This document shows, piece after piece, positions 9,947 through 19,556 of a stretch of DNA of 64,000 bases. The notes beneath the pieces are model-generated. The model saw only the letters and a list, made by a program, of their open reading frames with translations, did no database searches and was not told where the DNA came from. How positions within the stretch are numbered: the first letter of the stretch is position 1; each line of letters starts with the position of its first letter. The translations under genes and the position numbers were made by a program. This DNA is from an uncultured delta proteobacterium. GTDB taxonomy: Bacteria; Desulfobacterota; Binatia; UBA9968. Where the stretch lies: the NCBI GenBank assembly GCA_963728565.1, contig CAVSLC010000012.1, positions 1-64,000 of the forward strand, given 5' to 3'.

Positions 9947-10948
9947 TTAGCCCATCGCTTTGGCAAAACCGCGGATCGTCTCTTCCCTGCTGCCGCCCGG
10001 CGGGCTGTAGGGAATAATCGCAATCTGCTGTATGCCGGATTTTTTAATCCGTTCGATTTGCGTGCGGCAGTCGGCGACGCTTCCGGCAATCGCGAACTTG
10101 TCTACCAACCAGTCCGGTATCACCTCGGCATGGTTCGCTTGCTGATCCATGTGGTGATAATAATCGTAGGTTTTACGGATTTCTTCCAATACTTTTTGCT
10201 CGGTGGGATCGAGCACGTAGGGAAGCGGATGCGCCACAACCCGAGCGACATGGGCCTTGACCGCGTCCTTAGCGGGCGCGGTGTCTGACACAGCGCAAGG
10301 AACCCAGAGAACCAAGTTGACGTCTTCGACTTTTCTTCCGGCCGCTTTGGCGCCGGCGGCGATCCTCTCTCTGGCATGAGCGAGATATTCGTCAGCCACC
10401 CCGACTAAAACAATAATGCCGTCGGCGATGCGGCCGGATAATTCCAGCATCTTTGGCCCGCTAGCTGCAATGTAAATCGGCACCCTGGCTTTACAGGGAT
10501 GCAATAGGTGAATCTTGCCGGTCTCCAGTTGAACTTCTTGGCCGTCCAACAGTTGGCGCATCTGCGCCATAGTTTTTTCGAAGTAAGAGAGCTTCGCCGG
10601 CTTCATCCCCATCGTCTCCACCGAGCTATCCCCCAATCCGATGCCGACAATAGTGCGACCCGGCGCGTATTCTTCCAGTGTCGCATAAGCGCTGGCGACC
10701 ACAGATGGATGGCGCGTGAGCGGATTGGTAACGCCGGTGCCGAGCTTGACCCTAGTGGTACTGAGTGCCATCGCCGCCATGTTGACATAGGCTTCACGCC
10801 AGATCAGATGGGAGTCGCCCACCCAGATGTGGCTGTAACCCAACTCTTCAGTCACCTTGGCGAGTTGCACCATCTTCGGCAGCGGCTCGGTGGGAAAAAG
10901 CCCTACGCCAAATTCAAAATTACTCACAACGAATTCCTCCAAAGCCAC
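9947..10948 (-). CDS. LLM-class flavin/F420-dependent oxidoreductase (Mer-like)
   Basis: 'LGTGVTNPLTRHP', 'IYIAASGPKML..GRIADG'. Confidence 0.88.
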   Translation of the reverse strand: MALEEFVVSNFEFGVGLFPTEPLPKMVQLAKVTEELGYSHIWVGDSHLIWREAYVNMAAMALSTTRVKLGTGVTNPLTRHPSVVASAYATLEEYAPGRTIVGIGLGDSSVETMGMKPAKLSYFEKTMAQMRQLLDGQEVQLETGKIHLLHPCKARVPIYIAASGPKMLELSGRIADGIIVLVGVADEYLAHARERIAAGAKAAGRKVEDVNLVLWVPCAVSDTAPAKDAVKAHVARVVAHPLPYVLDPTEQKVLEEIRKTYDYYHHMDQQANHAEVIPDWLVDKFAIAGSVADCRTQIERIKKSGIQQIAIIPYSPPGGSREETIRGFAKAMG

Positions 10949-10996
10949 TGTGGCAGGTTCATTAAGCAGCGCTTGTCTGCGACTAAGTCGGGAAAT

Positions 10997-12169
10997 TCAA
11001 CAACAGGATTGACTCGCCACCCGCTCAGGCGGCGGCGTTTGCTGGCTGCGGCCGGCGACTCGGACTTCACCGTCGATGATCACTGTAGAGATACCGGGAA
11101 GATCGCCCTTGGCAAAGGACTCCAGAGCGTCTTTCGCCACCGAGCCGGTTATTTTGTGCAGCAAGACCAGATCAGCCGGTCGCCCCTCTTCGAGAATACC
11201 GATATTTAAACCGTGTGCCCGGCCGACGTTGCCGGTCGCCATGCAAATTGACTTCTCAGGCTCGATTTCACCGACAGAAGAAATAAAGGCGATCTCGCGC
11301 AAAATGCCGCGTGGCACAACGCCGGTGCCGCCCGGAGTGTCAGTGCCGATGAGCACACGATGATGCAAGTTGTTCGCTTTGACATGACGCGCAAGAACCA
11401 ACGCCAGGCGATAATTTCCCGAGGTGCAAATCTCCATGAAGCACTCGGTCTCCCTGGCGATGCGGATCATATCTTCTTCCGCCATCGGAATCGGCCCGCC
11501 TGTGATATGGCCGATGATGTCCGGCTGGATTTTATCAACGATATCGAATCCCGCCACCTGGCTGACACCGGATCGCGAGACACCGCCGGAATGGATCTTG
11601 ACCTTGATACCGCGGGATCTCGCCCACTTCACATAACGTTCCGCTTCGCCGTTGGGCAACAAGCTGTAATCGTAAAAGATGAACTTCACCAGCTTGATCC
11701 CCAGCGCCTGAATTTCGTCGAAATCCTTTTCCGTCAGCCCGGGAACCAATAACAGTGTGCCGGCGTGCACTTTGACACCCGACGGCCGGAGATTGTCATA
11801 ACAGCGCTTGGTTACGATGGCCACCGACAAAGCGGTGCGAGCGTCGGGCGGTAGCGGCAGGCCGGGAAGGTGCAACTCGCCGGCGGATATCAACGCGGTC
11901 ACGCCGCCATGCATGTAATTGGTTATCCACGAGAGCGAATTTTGCGCTGGGGTATATTCACCGATGGACGGATGCGAATGAGAATCGATCAACCCCGGAA
12001 TGGCGGTAATCCCATTGGCATCGATTGATTGATCCGCTCTGTGCTTCAAGCCATTACCGATGGCGCGGACCAAGCCGCTTTCAATATAAATAGAGTCCGC
12101 CTCGCGCAACGGATCTTCCAACTTACCGGTAACCAGCGTGCCGATGTTGCTGATGAGAATTGAAGCCAT
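10997..12169 (-). CDS. Metal-dependent amidohydrolase, enamidase-like
   Basis: 'PGLIDSHSHP', 'SAGELHLPG', 'HSGG', 'GHITGGP', 'GTDTPGGTG'. Confidence 0.8.
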   Translation of the reverse strand: MASILISNIGTLVTGKLEDPLREADSIYIESGLVRAIGNGLKHRADQSIDANGITAIPGLIDSHSHPSIGEYTPAQNSLSWITNYMHGGVTALISAGELHLPGLPLPPDARTALSVAIVTKRCYDNLRPSGVKVHAGTLLLVPGLTEKDFDEIQALGIKLVKFIFYDYSLLPNGEAERYVKWARSRGIKVKIHSGGVSRSGVSQVAGFDIVDKIQPDIIGHITGGPIPMAEEDMIRIARETECFMEICTSGNYRLALVLARHVKANNLHHRVLIGTDTPGGTGVVPRGILREIAFISSVGEIEPEKSICMATGNVGRAHGLNIGILEEGRPADLVLLHKITGSVAKDALESFAKGDLPGISTVIIDGEVRVAGRSQQTPPPERVASQSCC

Positions 12170-12428
12170 TTGGGCGAAACTATATCAGAGCTTCTATGGC
12201 TGTAAAGGCTAAGCCACATTTAGCAGCCTGCTGAAAAGGCTTATCCTGAGAATGAACGCGGAGCGAAGATGCGAGTGTGGAGGCCGCAGACGGATACCGG
12301 GCCGGTGCTGCCAAGCCCAAACTATTGGCATCAGTACCTTTGGGGTTGTCGAGGGCGGCCTTGGAACCAGAGACCTATCGGCTGCGGCCGGTAGGCTTGT
12401 CCCTTCGCTTACTTGCGGAGAAATCGGG

Positions 12429-13871
12429 CTACGTACCGAAGATTTCGCGAACAATTTCTTTGACCGCGTCGAAAGACAATTGATCCAGGCGCGCGCCAGT
12501 GGAAGAAGTGACTTTTTGAATCCGGCGTTCCCACGCAACCGTTCCGTCGTCGATACGAACCAACCTGAACTCCAGCCAACTCCGTAACGGTCCGTGCGGG
12601 TCGCTGTCCCACCGGCGAATGTCCGCTAACAGCAGGTAACCCGATATATTAGCCTGGCGCGCGCCGGTGGCGGCATTGATTGCATCGAAAGGAAACGCGC
12701 CAAGGCGGTCGTCGCGCTGCTCCGGAAAACCGAACTTCACGGTTCTTCGTTCCAGCTCGTTTCTGATCTCGTCGCGCAGCAGATCCATGACCGTCGGACG
12801 GTAGCCGGTATCGACTTTCTTCGCCATCTCCGTGAGAGAACGGAGCGGATTGGTTGCCGGCAGACGCAGATTGCTGCTCGTGCTGTTGCGCACCGCGGCG
12901 ATCCAGAGATCGTGTTGCCCCAGCGCTTGCGCATTCGGAAATGGTCGCGGCACCGGCGCGCTACAACCAGCGAGTGCGACGAACAAGAGCAACCACAGCC
13001 CGGCGGAGGACCGGTATTTACGCAGCCCTGCCTGCACAGCATAGGTTAAAAAAATCACTGCGCACCCCAAAGTTACATCGGTAGGGCCGAGCGGCAGATC
13101 TAACCGAACTGAGAGATAGAAACCCAAGATGGCGATAGCGACACCGAATAGCGATGATAACGAAAAAAACGAAGCCATACCGCGCGCGAGCGCGCGCGCC
13201 GCTAGCGGCGGCAAAACCATAAAGCCAAACACCAGCAGCGGGCCTGCCATAATGACTCCTATGGCGATGCTGAAGCCGCACAGGACGTAAAGCCAAAAAC
13301 TCCAACGCCCGCCGCCATTGGTCAATAAGAATGACAGATCGGGATCGAAGGAGTTGAGCAAAAACTCGCGACGGAAAAGAATCAAACCGAAATAAACCGC
13401 GCTGTAGGCGATCGCGAGAATCTTGAGCTCCTCTTTAGAGAGGGAAATCACTTCGCCTTTGAGCAAGTTGAGGATTTCGAGGTCGCCGGCGGGATTGAAG
13501 ACTACGAACAGAATCGTCAGCGCCGAAGCCAGCGCATAAGCGGCGGCGAGCCGGCCCTCGGGCGATCCGCTCGCGTGAAGGTCCAGATAGGCGAGCAAGC
13601 CCATGCCGACCAGGGTAAAAACCAGAGAGCCTGCCATTGCCAAGAGCCGCTCGCCGCCGACACCGTGGCTCCAGCCGACCCAATGATAGAGCCAGAAAGT
13701 AAACGCCACGCCACACGCGGCGATCTGCGGCAAGGTGAGGCCGAGAAAAATTCTCCGACGCAGCATCAGGTGGGCGCCGACCAACGGGCAGACGAAAGCC
13801 AGGATCGCGCTCCCGAGCAACGCTGGGAAAAGCAGAAACGAGGGGCTTAAAACGTCAAAAAAACTCACCAT
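12429..13871 (-). CDS. Zn/Mn ABC permease (ABC-3) with a fused C-terminal lipoprotein-like domain
   Basis: 'RRRIFLGLTLPQ', 'SFDP', 'DLPLGP', then an internal 'LAGC' lipobox and a ~180 aa soluble domain. Confidence 0.8.
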   Translation of the reverse strand: MVSFFDVLSPSFLLFPALLGSAILAFVCPLVGAHLMLRRRIFLGLTLPQIAACGVAFTFWLYHWVGWSHGVGGERLLAMAGSLVFTLVGMGLLAYLDLHASGSPEGRLAAAYALASALTILFVVFNPAGDLEILNLLKGEVISLSKEELKILAIAYSAVYFGLILFRREFLLNSFDPDLSFLLTNGGGRWSFWLYVLCGFSIAIGVIMAGPLLVFGFMVLPPLAARALARGMASFFSLSSLFGVAIAILGFYLSVRLDLPLGPTDVTLGCAVIFLTYAVQAGLRKYRSSAGLWLLLFVALAGCSAPVPRPFPNAQALGQHDLWIAAVRNSTSSNLRLPATNPLRSLTEMAKKVDTGYRPTVMDLLRDEIRNELERRTVKFGFPEQRDDRLGAFPFDAINAATGARQANISGYLLLADIRRWDSDPHGPLRSWLEFRLVRIDDGTVAWERRIQKVTSSTGARLDQLSFDAVKEIVREIFGT

Positions 13872-14581
13872 GGATGGTCCGCCGCCGCCCCTTCCTCCCA
13901 ACTCGCCCGGCCGCGGTCGACGCGCAGGATTTTTTTCGTAACGCTACGGACCATCCTGAGATCGTGGCTCGAGAAAAAAACCGCTTTGCCTTCTTGCCGA
14001 TTGATCTTGAGCAGCAACTCGGTGATCGCCGCCCGAGACTCTGTATCCACTCCCGAAAGCGGCTCATCCAGGATGAGAATCTTCGGCGCCACCATCAGCG
14101 CGCGCGCAATCAGAATACGTTGCTTTTGACCGCCGGATAGAGAAAAAAAAGCACGCGCGGCGAGATCGCTTACGCCGACTTGCTCCAGCACGCGATCGAC
14201 GCGGTTCTTTTCGGCGATCGGCAACCGCTCGAAAGGCCTAAGCCGTCCATAGGCGCCCATCTCGACTATCTCTCTAACGGTAATTGGAAACGTGGCGTCC
14301 AGCGCCGCGCTCTGGGGAACATAGCCGAACTCACTCAACGCGCATCCGCGCGTCAATGAGCCGCTCAGCACGGGAAGAAATCCGAGAATTGTCCGGAATA
14401 GAGTCGTTTTGCCCGATCCGTTGGGCCCCGCCATCGCGACCAAATCGCCGGGATTTAGTTCGACGGCGACATCATAGAGAATCGTGGCGTCCTCGTATCC
14501 GAGATTGGCTCGGTGAAGACGCACCAATGCGCTTGCTTCACTCATCTGAGCACCCGCATCCGTAGCGTCTATTTTGCTCAT
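13865..14581 (-). CDS. Zn/Mn ABC transporter ATP-binding protein
   Basis: GPNGSGKTT, GYVPQ, LSGGQKQR, LDEP, SSHD. Confidence 0.92.
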   Translation of the reverse strand: MSKIDATDAGAQMSEASALVRLHRANLGYEDATILYDVAVELNPGDLVAMAGPNGSGKTTLFRTILGFLPVLSGSLTRGCALSEFGYVPQSAALDATFPITVREIVEMGAYGRLRPFERLPIAEKNRVDRVLEQVGVSDLAARAFFSLSGGQKQRILIARALMVAPKILILDEPLSGVDTESRAAITELLLKINRQEGKAVFFSSHDLRMVRSVTKKILRVDRGRASWEEGAAADHPW

Positions 14582-14595
14582 TACGGTTTGCTGCT

Positions 14596-15537
14596 TTAAC
14601 CTTTTTTCACGGCGGCGAGCAAGCTCCGCAGATTGTAATCGATGAACTTGATATAGCTGTCAGTCTCCCGCAAGCCACCGGCGATGCTCTGCAAGCGCAC
14701 CACGCCAGCCCCGGTCTGATTCGCCAGTTGGCGTGGGTAGCGGTCACTCTGCGCGCCGTAAATGATTAACTGAACCTTTTCCTGCTGCATCCTCTGAGCA
14801 AGCGCAACTAAATGATTCGGCGTCGGCTCGATTCCCGGCTTCAGTTCGATCATCCCAACCTGCTGCAAGCCAAATCGGTTAGCAAAGTACGACCACTCGA
14901 CGTGATAGGTAACTATCTTTACGCCCCTGAGCGGGGCGGCCACGCTTTGCCAGCGCGCAATTGCATTGTCCAACTCGCCCAGGTAGGCGTTTAGATTTCT
15001 CTCGAATATTGGTTTGTGTTGCGGATAATTGCGCGACAAGCCTTCGGCGATGTTGCGCGCGATGATTTTGCCCCCTAGAGGATCGAGGTTGTAATGGGGG
15101 TTGCCCTTTGGGTGCACGTCGCCTTCAGACCGGTCAATGGAGCGTGGCACTTCCAAAACGCTGATGCCGACTGAGCAATCGATATTGCCTAGTTGGCCGG
15201 GAAGGATCTTGGAATTATTGGCAACCTCAAACAATGCCGGCAGCCACGATATTTCCAAATCCAATCCCATTTGGACTAGAATGTCGGCGCGGTTCAGCTT
15301 CGGGACGAAACTCGGCTTGACGGGCACCGCGTGCATAAATTCGACGCCGCGCGTGAGGCTCTCAACGTTGACCAGTTCCTTGCCGATATGTTTCGTGATA
15401 TCGGCCAGTTCGGGGGTCGTCGTGATAACATGAATCTGCTGGGCGCCGACTGGAACGTTAAACCCTACGACAAAGGCCGCGAACGACAAACTACAAACAA
15501 ACTTTATCCAAGTCATATTCATTTGAGCATCTCCCAT
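14596..15537 (-). CDS. Zn/Mn ABC substrate-binding protein (cluster A-I, ZnuA/TroA-like)
   Basis: Signal peptide, 'GDVHPKGNPHYNLDP', 'TYH', 'ELKPGIEPT'. Confidence 0.9.
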   Translation of the reverse strand: MGDAQMNMTWIKFVCSLSFAAFVVGFNVPVGAQQIHVITTTPELADITKHIGKELVNVESLTRGVEFMHAVPVKPSFVPKLNRADILVQMGLDLEISWLPALFEVANNSKILPGQLGNIDCSVGISVLEVPRSIDRSEGDVHPKGNPHYNLDPLGGKIIARNIAEGLSRNYPQHKPIFERNLNAYLGELDNAIARWQSVAAPLRGVKIVTYHVEWSYFANRFGLQQVGMIELKPGIEPTPNHLVALAQRMQQEKVQLIIYGAQSDRYPRQLANQTGAGVVRLQSIAGGLRETDSYIKFIDYNLRSLLAAVKKG

Positions 15538-15548
15538 TTAAACTATAG

Positions 15549-16814
15549 CTAACGGTTACGGAAGCCATGCGTATGGCTACCCAGAACCGTCGTCCATTGT
15601 AAGAAGAACTGATTGCCGCGCTCGGCTCTTTCCTCCCTTACGTCGTCATCAAGATAGCTGTATTGAAAGCGCAGCCGATTAAACTCGCTGAGATTCCACG
15701 TCACGTACGGCGAGTAGCCCTTGGTCTTTCTGGCTGGATTGTCGATGCTTGGAGCATAGTCAAAGAGAAAGCCAGTAGACCAGTTTTTGCTGAGTTTCAG
15801 CTCGCCATAGCTGTAGCCGCCGAAGGCTCGTCGGCGCTTGGCCGCCATGCTACCATCCTCGAGCTCTAACGGCCTTCGCTCGCTATTGCCGAAGAGTTCT
15901 CCACCTAGGGTGAAGCCTTGATAGAGAGTGCTTCCGAGCGGCTGGTAACGGTAGGTCACGTCGATTCCGGCTAAAGACCGGCTTCCGCCGCGGGGGTCTT
16001 CCACAAGTCGGACCGAAGGCGTGTAGGCCAGACTGGTTCCGAACTCAATGCCGTGACTATCGGCAAGGTCGAAATAGGTGTGCAGCCTACTAAGATAGGT
16101 AAAACGGCTCCAGGCGCGAGACTTGGTATCGTCCAGCCGCTCGTTTTCTGCGCCCAGTTTGTTGTATCCACCCAACGTTGCTCTCAAAAAGAATGGAATG
16201 GGAAAGAGATAACTCAATTCGACACCGTCAGCCTTGGATTCTCCGCCGACAATTCGATCCAACGATAACGGGGTATTGACGAACGGATACTCGTGCGGAT
16301 GGAATTTAGCCAGTCGGCCGAAGTCGGCGAAGAAGCGCCCACCTCTGGCTTGAAGATTCCAGGGAAGCGAAGTCGTAACGATGGCCGCTTCCTCCAACTC
16401 CACCTCGTCTCTGGTGGCATTGATAAAGGCATAGGCGCGCGCATACGGATCGATAGACGCCGAGATTCCCAGCTCGGCGGCGCGCAGGTTAAAATCTCCA
16501 CCGGTCTTGGCGCGGTGTTCCGCTGTGGCATCGATCGCCATACCGATTGCCGGATTGAGAATCGATGGCGAGCTTTGCACCGCCTGCACCGATTTCTCGA
16601 CTTGACCCAGCTTTGCCGAATCGACAGCTTTCTCCTTTTCAAGTTGCTCAATCCGGCTCAGCGCCTTCTTGAGATCCTGTTGCATCCCTTTGACCATGTC
16701 TCTCAAAGCTTCCAATTCGGAGCTTTGGGCCATGCATAGTGCAGGAAGCAGAAACCACGCACCGACGAAAGATATTGCCGCTACCCAGCGCGGCTGCCTG
16801 AATACAAAGATCAT
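15549..16814 (-). CDS. Outer-membrane beta-barrel (porin-like) protein of a metal uptake operon
   Basis: Signal peptide, coiled coil, 'LNPAI', 'IDPY', 'LEEA', 'HPHE', 'SEFNRLRFQY' and C-terminal 'LGSHTHGF'. Confidence 0.75.
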   Translation of the reverse strand: MIFVFRQPRWVAAISFVGAWFLLPALCMAQSSELEALRDMVKGMQQDLKKALSRIEQLEKEKAVDSAKLGQVEKSVQAVQSSPSILNPAIGMAIDATAEHRAKTGGDFNLRAAELGISASIDPYARAYAFINATRDEVELEEAAIVTTSLPWNLQARGGRFFADFGRLAKFHPHEYPFVNTPLSLDRIVGGESKADGVELSYLFPIPFFLRATLGGYNKLGAENERLDDTKSRAWSRFTYLSRLHTYFDLADSHGIEFGTSLAYTPSVRLVEDPRGGSRSLAGIDVTYRYQPLGSTLYQGFTLGGELFGNSERRPLELEDGSMAAKRRRAFGGYSYGELKLSKNWSTGFLFDYAPSIDNPARKTKGYSPYVTWNLSEFNRLRFQYSYLDDDVREERAERGNQFFLQWTTVLGSHTHGFRNR

Positions 16815-16913
16815 AACAACCTCCCTCCAGGACGAATGGATAGCCCTCCCACTGACTTGGAATTAGAAAGTCGGAGGGCAATGAAGATAGATACTGTTGA
16901 GTTGAAGTTCGAA

Positions 16914-17210
16914 CTAAGCGGAGAGAGAAGCGGGAGGTCCACGAACCCGTTTGAGCTGAGTCCATTGATTGACCCAGAGCAAGTCATCTTGGGTGATGAT
17001 GTACGTCGTCCGGTATGACGGCGCGATATTACAAGTGTCGGCCGCCAGTGCCAGCTGTGTGCGAGTGCCGTGGATACAGCTGCATTCTTTGCTGATCTGG
17101 GGGGCGGCGGAGAAATGAACGTGCAAAGGCAGGAGAACAACGAACAACAGTGCTGCAACACTGATGATGCATCGGAGCTTATCCGGTTTGGAGGTAAAAG
17201 ACGGCAGCAC
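16914..17210 (-). CDS. Small exported His/Cys protein ending in RGPP (DUF2946-like putative arrest leader)
   Basis: Hydrophobic N-terminal segment, 'HVH', 'ECSCIH' and C-terminal 'RVRGPPASLSA'; directly upstream of the metal porin gene. Confidence 0.65.
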   Translation of the reverse strand: MLPSFTSKPDKLRCIISVAALLFVVLLPLHVHFSAAPQISKECSCIHGTRTQLALAADTCNIAPSYRTTYIITQDDLLWVNQWTQLKRVRGPPASLSA

Positions 17211-17410
17211 GATGGTGAATCTAGCCTAATCGATTTATCTAAGTCAACGAGCGCAGACACTTAGAATTAAGCGCACAAGTGTTGCCCGGCCAATAGCGCC
17301 CGCTCCCACCGGCGATTGAGCCTGATCGGTCTGCTGCAGCCGCCCCGCATTGCGAACACCCCCTGAGCGTCCTAAGCGTCTGAAACTCCGACCCATTTCG
17401 CCTCGGTCTA

Positions 17411-17438
17411 GTAAACCTTCTGCTCACCAGCGCGTCTA
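17411..17438 (+). promoter_or_regulatory. Putative ECF-sigma promoter (GTAAAC-N16-CGTCTA)
   Basis: AAC -35 and CGTC -10 elements with a 16-nt spacer, upstream of the ECF gene. Confidence 0.4.
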
Positions 17439-17609
17439 AGTAGTTACGCCACGCTATCCTAGATGAGAGGGGATCTTCTCTAACAGCTAAGGATCGGCTG
17501 TGTGCTTGAAATAGCGGCGGAAAGTCACTCAACCTGAACACCGAAGGTACTCATGGCATTTGCTTTTCAAGGTTGCGCATTGGCTCTTGATGGTGCATTT
17601 GAACAGTGC

Positions 17610-18188
17610 ATGGAAACCGCGCCGGACAAGCCGCGTGACGAAACGCTGGTGATCTTAGCTCAGAAGGGCGACTCCAAAGCATTCGAAGAGCTGGTGGAGC
17701 GGTACAAACAGAAGGCTTTTCGTATCGCCTTCGACTTTTCTCGCGATCGGGACGAAGCCAAAGATCTGTCTCAGGAGGCGTTTCTTCGCGCCTACACGCA
17801 TTTGAAAAATTTTGACGGCCGATCAGGTTTTTATACCTGGTTCTATCGGATTCTGGTGAACATATGCCTGGATTACCGGCGCAAAACCAAACGCACTTCA
17901 GCCGAAGAGTTTAACGAGACCATCGAGAGTCAAGTGGAACCCAGCCATCCGGCCGCTCATTCCGTTTCACCGGATCAGCAGGCAATCGCGGCGCAGATGT
18001 CGCGCCAGGTGGACGCGGCCCTGGATGCTTTACCGCCGAGACAACGGATGGCCTTCGTTCTAAAAAACCATCAAGGGCTATCGATTCGTGAAATTGCCGA
18101 AATGATGGAAACCGCCGAGGGGACGGTTAAGGTTCATTTACACCGGGCGGTGACGGCGCTCAGACTAAGACTGGCTGAGTTCGCCTAG
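17610..18188 (+). CDS. ECF RNA polymerase sigma factor
   Basis: 'AFEELVERY', 'DLSQEAFLRAY', 'FYTWFYRI', 'EGTVKVHLHRA'. Alternative start at 17553. Confidence 0.92.
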   Translation: METAPDKPRDETLVILAQKGDSKAFEELVERYKQKAFRIAFDFSRDRDEAKDLSQEAFLRAYTHLKNFDGRSGFYTWFYRILVNICLDYRRKTKRTSAEEFNETIESQVEPSHPAAHSVSPDQQAIAAQMSRQVDAALDALPPRQRMAFVLKNHQGLSIREIAEMMETAEGTVKVHLHRAVTALRLRLAEFA

Positions 18189-18196
18189 GAGGATTT

Positions 18197-18691
18197 ATGC
18201 CTACGGCTTGCAACGAGTTTGAACAAGATCTGGTGCTCTACCATTATGGTGATCTGAGCGGCGACAGTCGTGATCGGCTCGCAAGTCACCTGCGCTCTTG
18301 CCCAGCTTGCGCCTCTTACCTGAAAGAATTGGCGACTCTGCTTCCGCTAACGGTAAACACCGACGAACCGGGCCAGGAGTTTTGGCAAAATTATAGCCGT
18401 GAAATGCGTCACAAGCTCGCAGACCTGCAAGAGAAAAAATCCTGGTGGCAAGCGTTGCAGACCGCCCTGCGCCCCTGGACATTGCCGGCTCTGGCGGGAA
18501 CCGCGGTTATCGCCTTAGCCGTCACCTTAAATACCTCCAACCAAACAACCACCGACGTGCCCTCGGCGGATCCAGCTCTCATGGAAGTTTTGCCAATGGC
18601 GGAGAATCTGGAGTTGTTCAACAATATGGACGTTCTTGAGAACATCGAGGTTCTCGAGGTCATGGAGGGTTCTGGGAACGAAGCAGCTTAA
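18197..18691 (+). CDS. zf-HC2 zinc-binding transmembrane anti-sigma factor
   Basis: 'HLRSCPAC' (HxxxCxxC) and one TM helix; directly follows the sigma gene. Confidence 0.85.
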   Translation: MPTACNEFEQDLVLYHYGDLSGDSRDRLASHLRSCPACASYLKELATLLPLTVNTDEPGQEFWQNYSREMRHKLADLQEKKSWWQALQTALRPWTLPALAGTAVIALAVTLNTSNQTTTDVPSADPALMEVLPMAENLELFNNMDVLENIEVLEVMEGSGNEAA

Positions 18692-18913
18692 AGTCCAGCT
18701 TACTGAGTTACAGCTTGCTAATCTTGCTACGCGGCTCCGGCCGAGCCGCCAAGAAAGGCAAGCAGCGCGTGATCGTGCGGTGCTAGGCAAGATGAAATTG
18801 TTGCGGCAATGGGACTGATCAACCAGATGGATGTCATGGGAATGGCAGGACCAAGGTATCGCCGACGAGAGGTCAGGCGTCGAAAACTGCCGTCTCCAGG
18901 AAGAAGTCCTATA

Positions 18914-19514
18914 ATGAACTCAGCAATGATTTGCCTTCTCGTCTTACTTAGCCTCCTATCGGCGCCGGCCGCGGTTTGGAGTCAGTCGAAAGATGGAGGC
19001 GAACCGCCGGCGCAAAACAATCGTAACGCCGCCGACCGCTGGCCAGGGATGACGCCGCGAGCAAAAGCAGAAACTGCGCGAACGTTGGAAATCGCTACCG
19101 TCTGAGGAGAAGGCGGAAATGCAGAAAAAATTTGAGCGATGGCGCGGCATGTCAGCCGAGGAGAAGGCCTCGGCGCGCAAGAACTTTGAGCGTTGGCAGC
19201 AACTCTCGCCCGAGGATCGCCAGCGTTTGCGCGAGCGTTGGCAACAATGGCGTGAACTACCGCCCGAGAGCCGCGAAGCCCTGAAACGCCGCCTCGAGCG
19301 CTTCCGCGAGCTGCCGCCCGAGACCAGACAGGACCTCAGGGAAAAAGCGCGCGAGCGCTTTGAAAAAATGTCCCCGGAAGAAAAGCAGCAGCGGCGCGAG
19401 CGCTTTCGCCAACGAATGGAGCAACTATCACCGGAAGAACAACGCGCCCTGCGAGAAAAGTTTCGTGCGCGTAAGCAGCGTGAAGCAGAGGAACGAGGCA
19501 ATTCTTCGCAATGA
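18914..19514 (+). CDS. Secreted helical-repeat protein (DUF3106-like), frameshift near 19055
   Basis: Signal peptide 'MNSAMICLLVLLSLLSAPAAVWS' followed by ~18-aa repeats of W/F-xx-L-[SP]-PE-E-R. Confidence 0.7.
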
Positions 19515-19556
19515 CCTAGGAAATCGCTTTCCAGAAAACCCGCAAAGGACTAGACC

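Noticed and set aside
19060-19480. Periodic GAGCG-rich DNA
   Set aside because: Explained by the 18-aa protein repeats.
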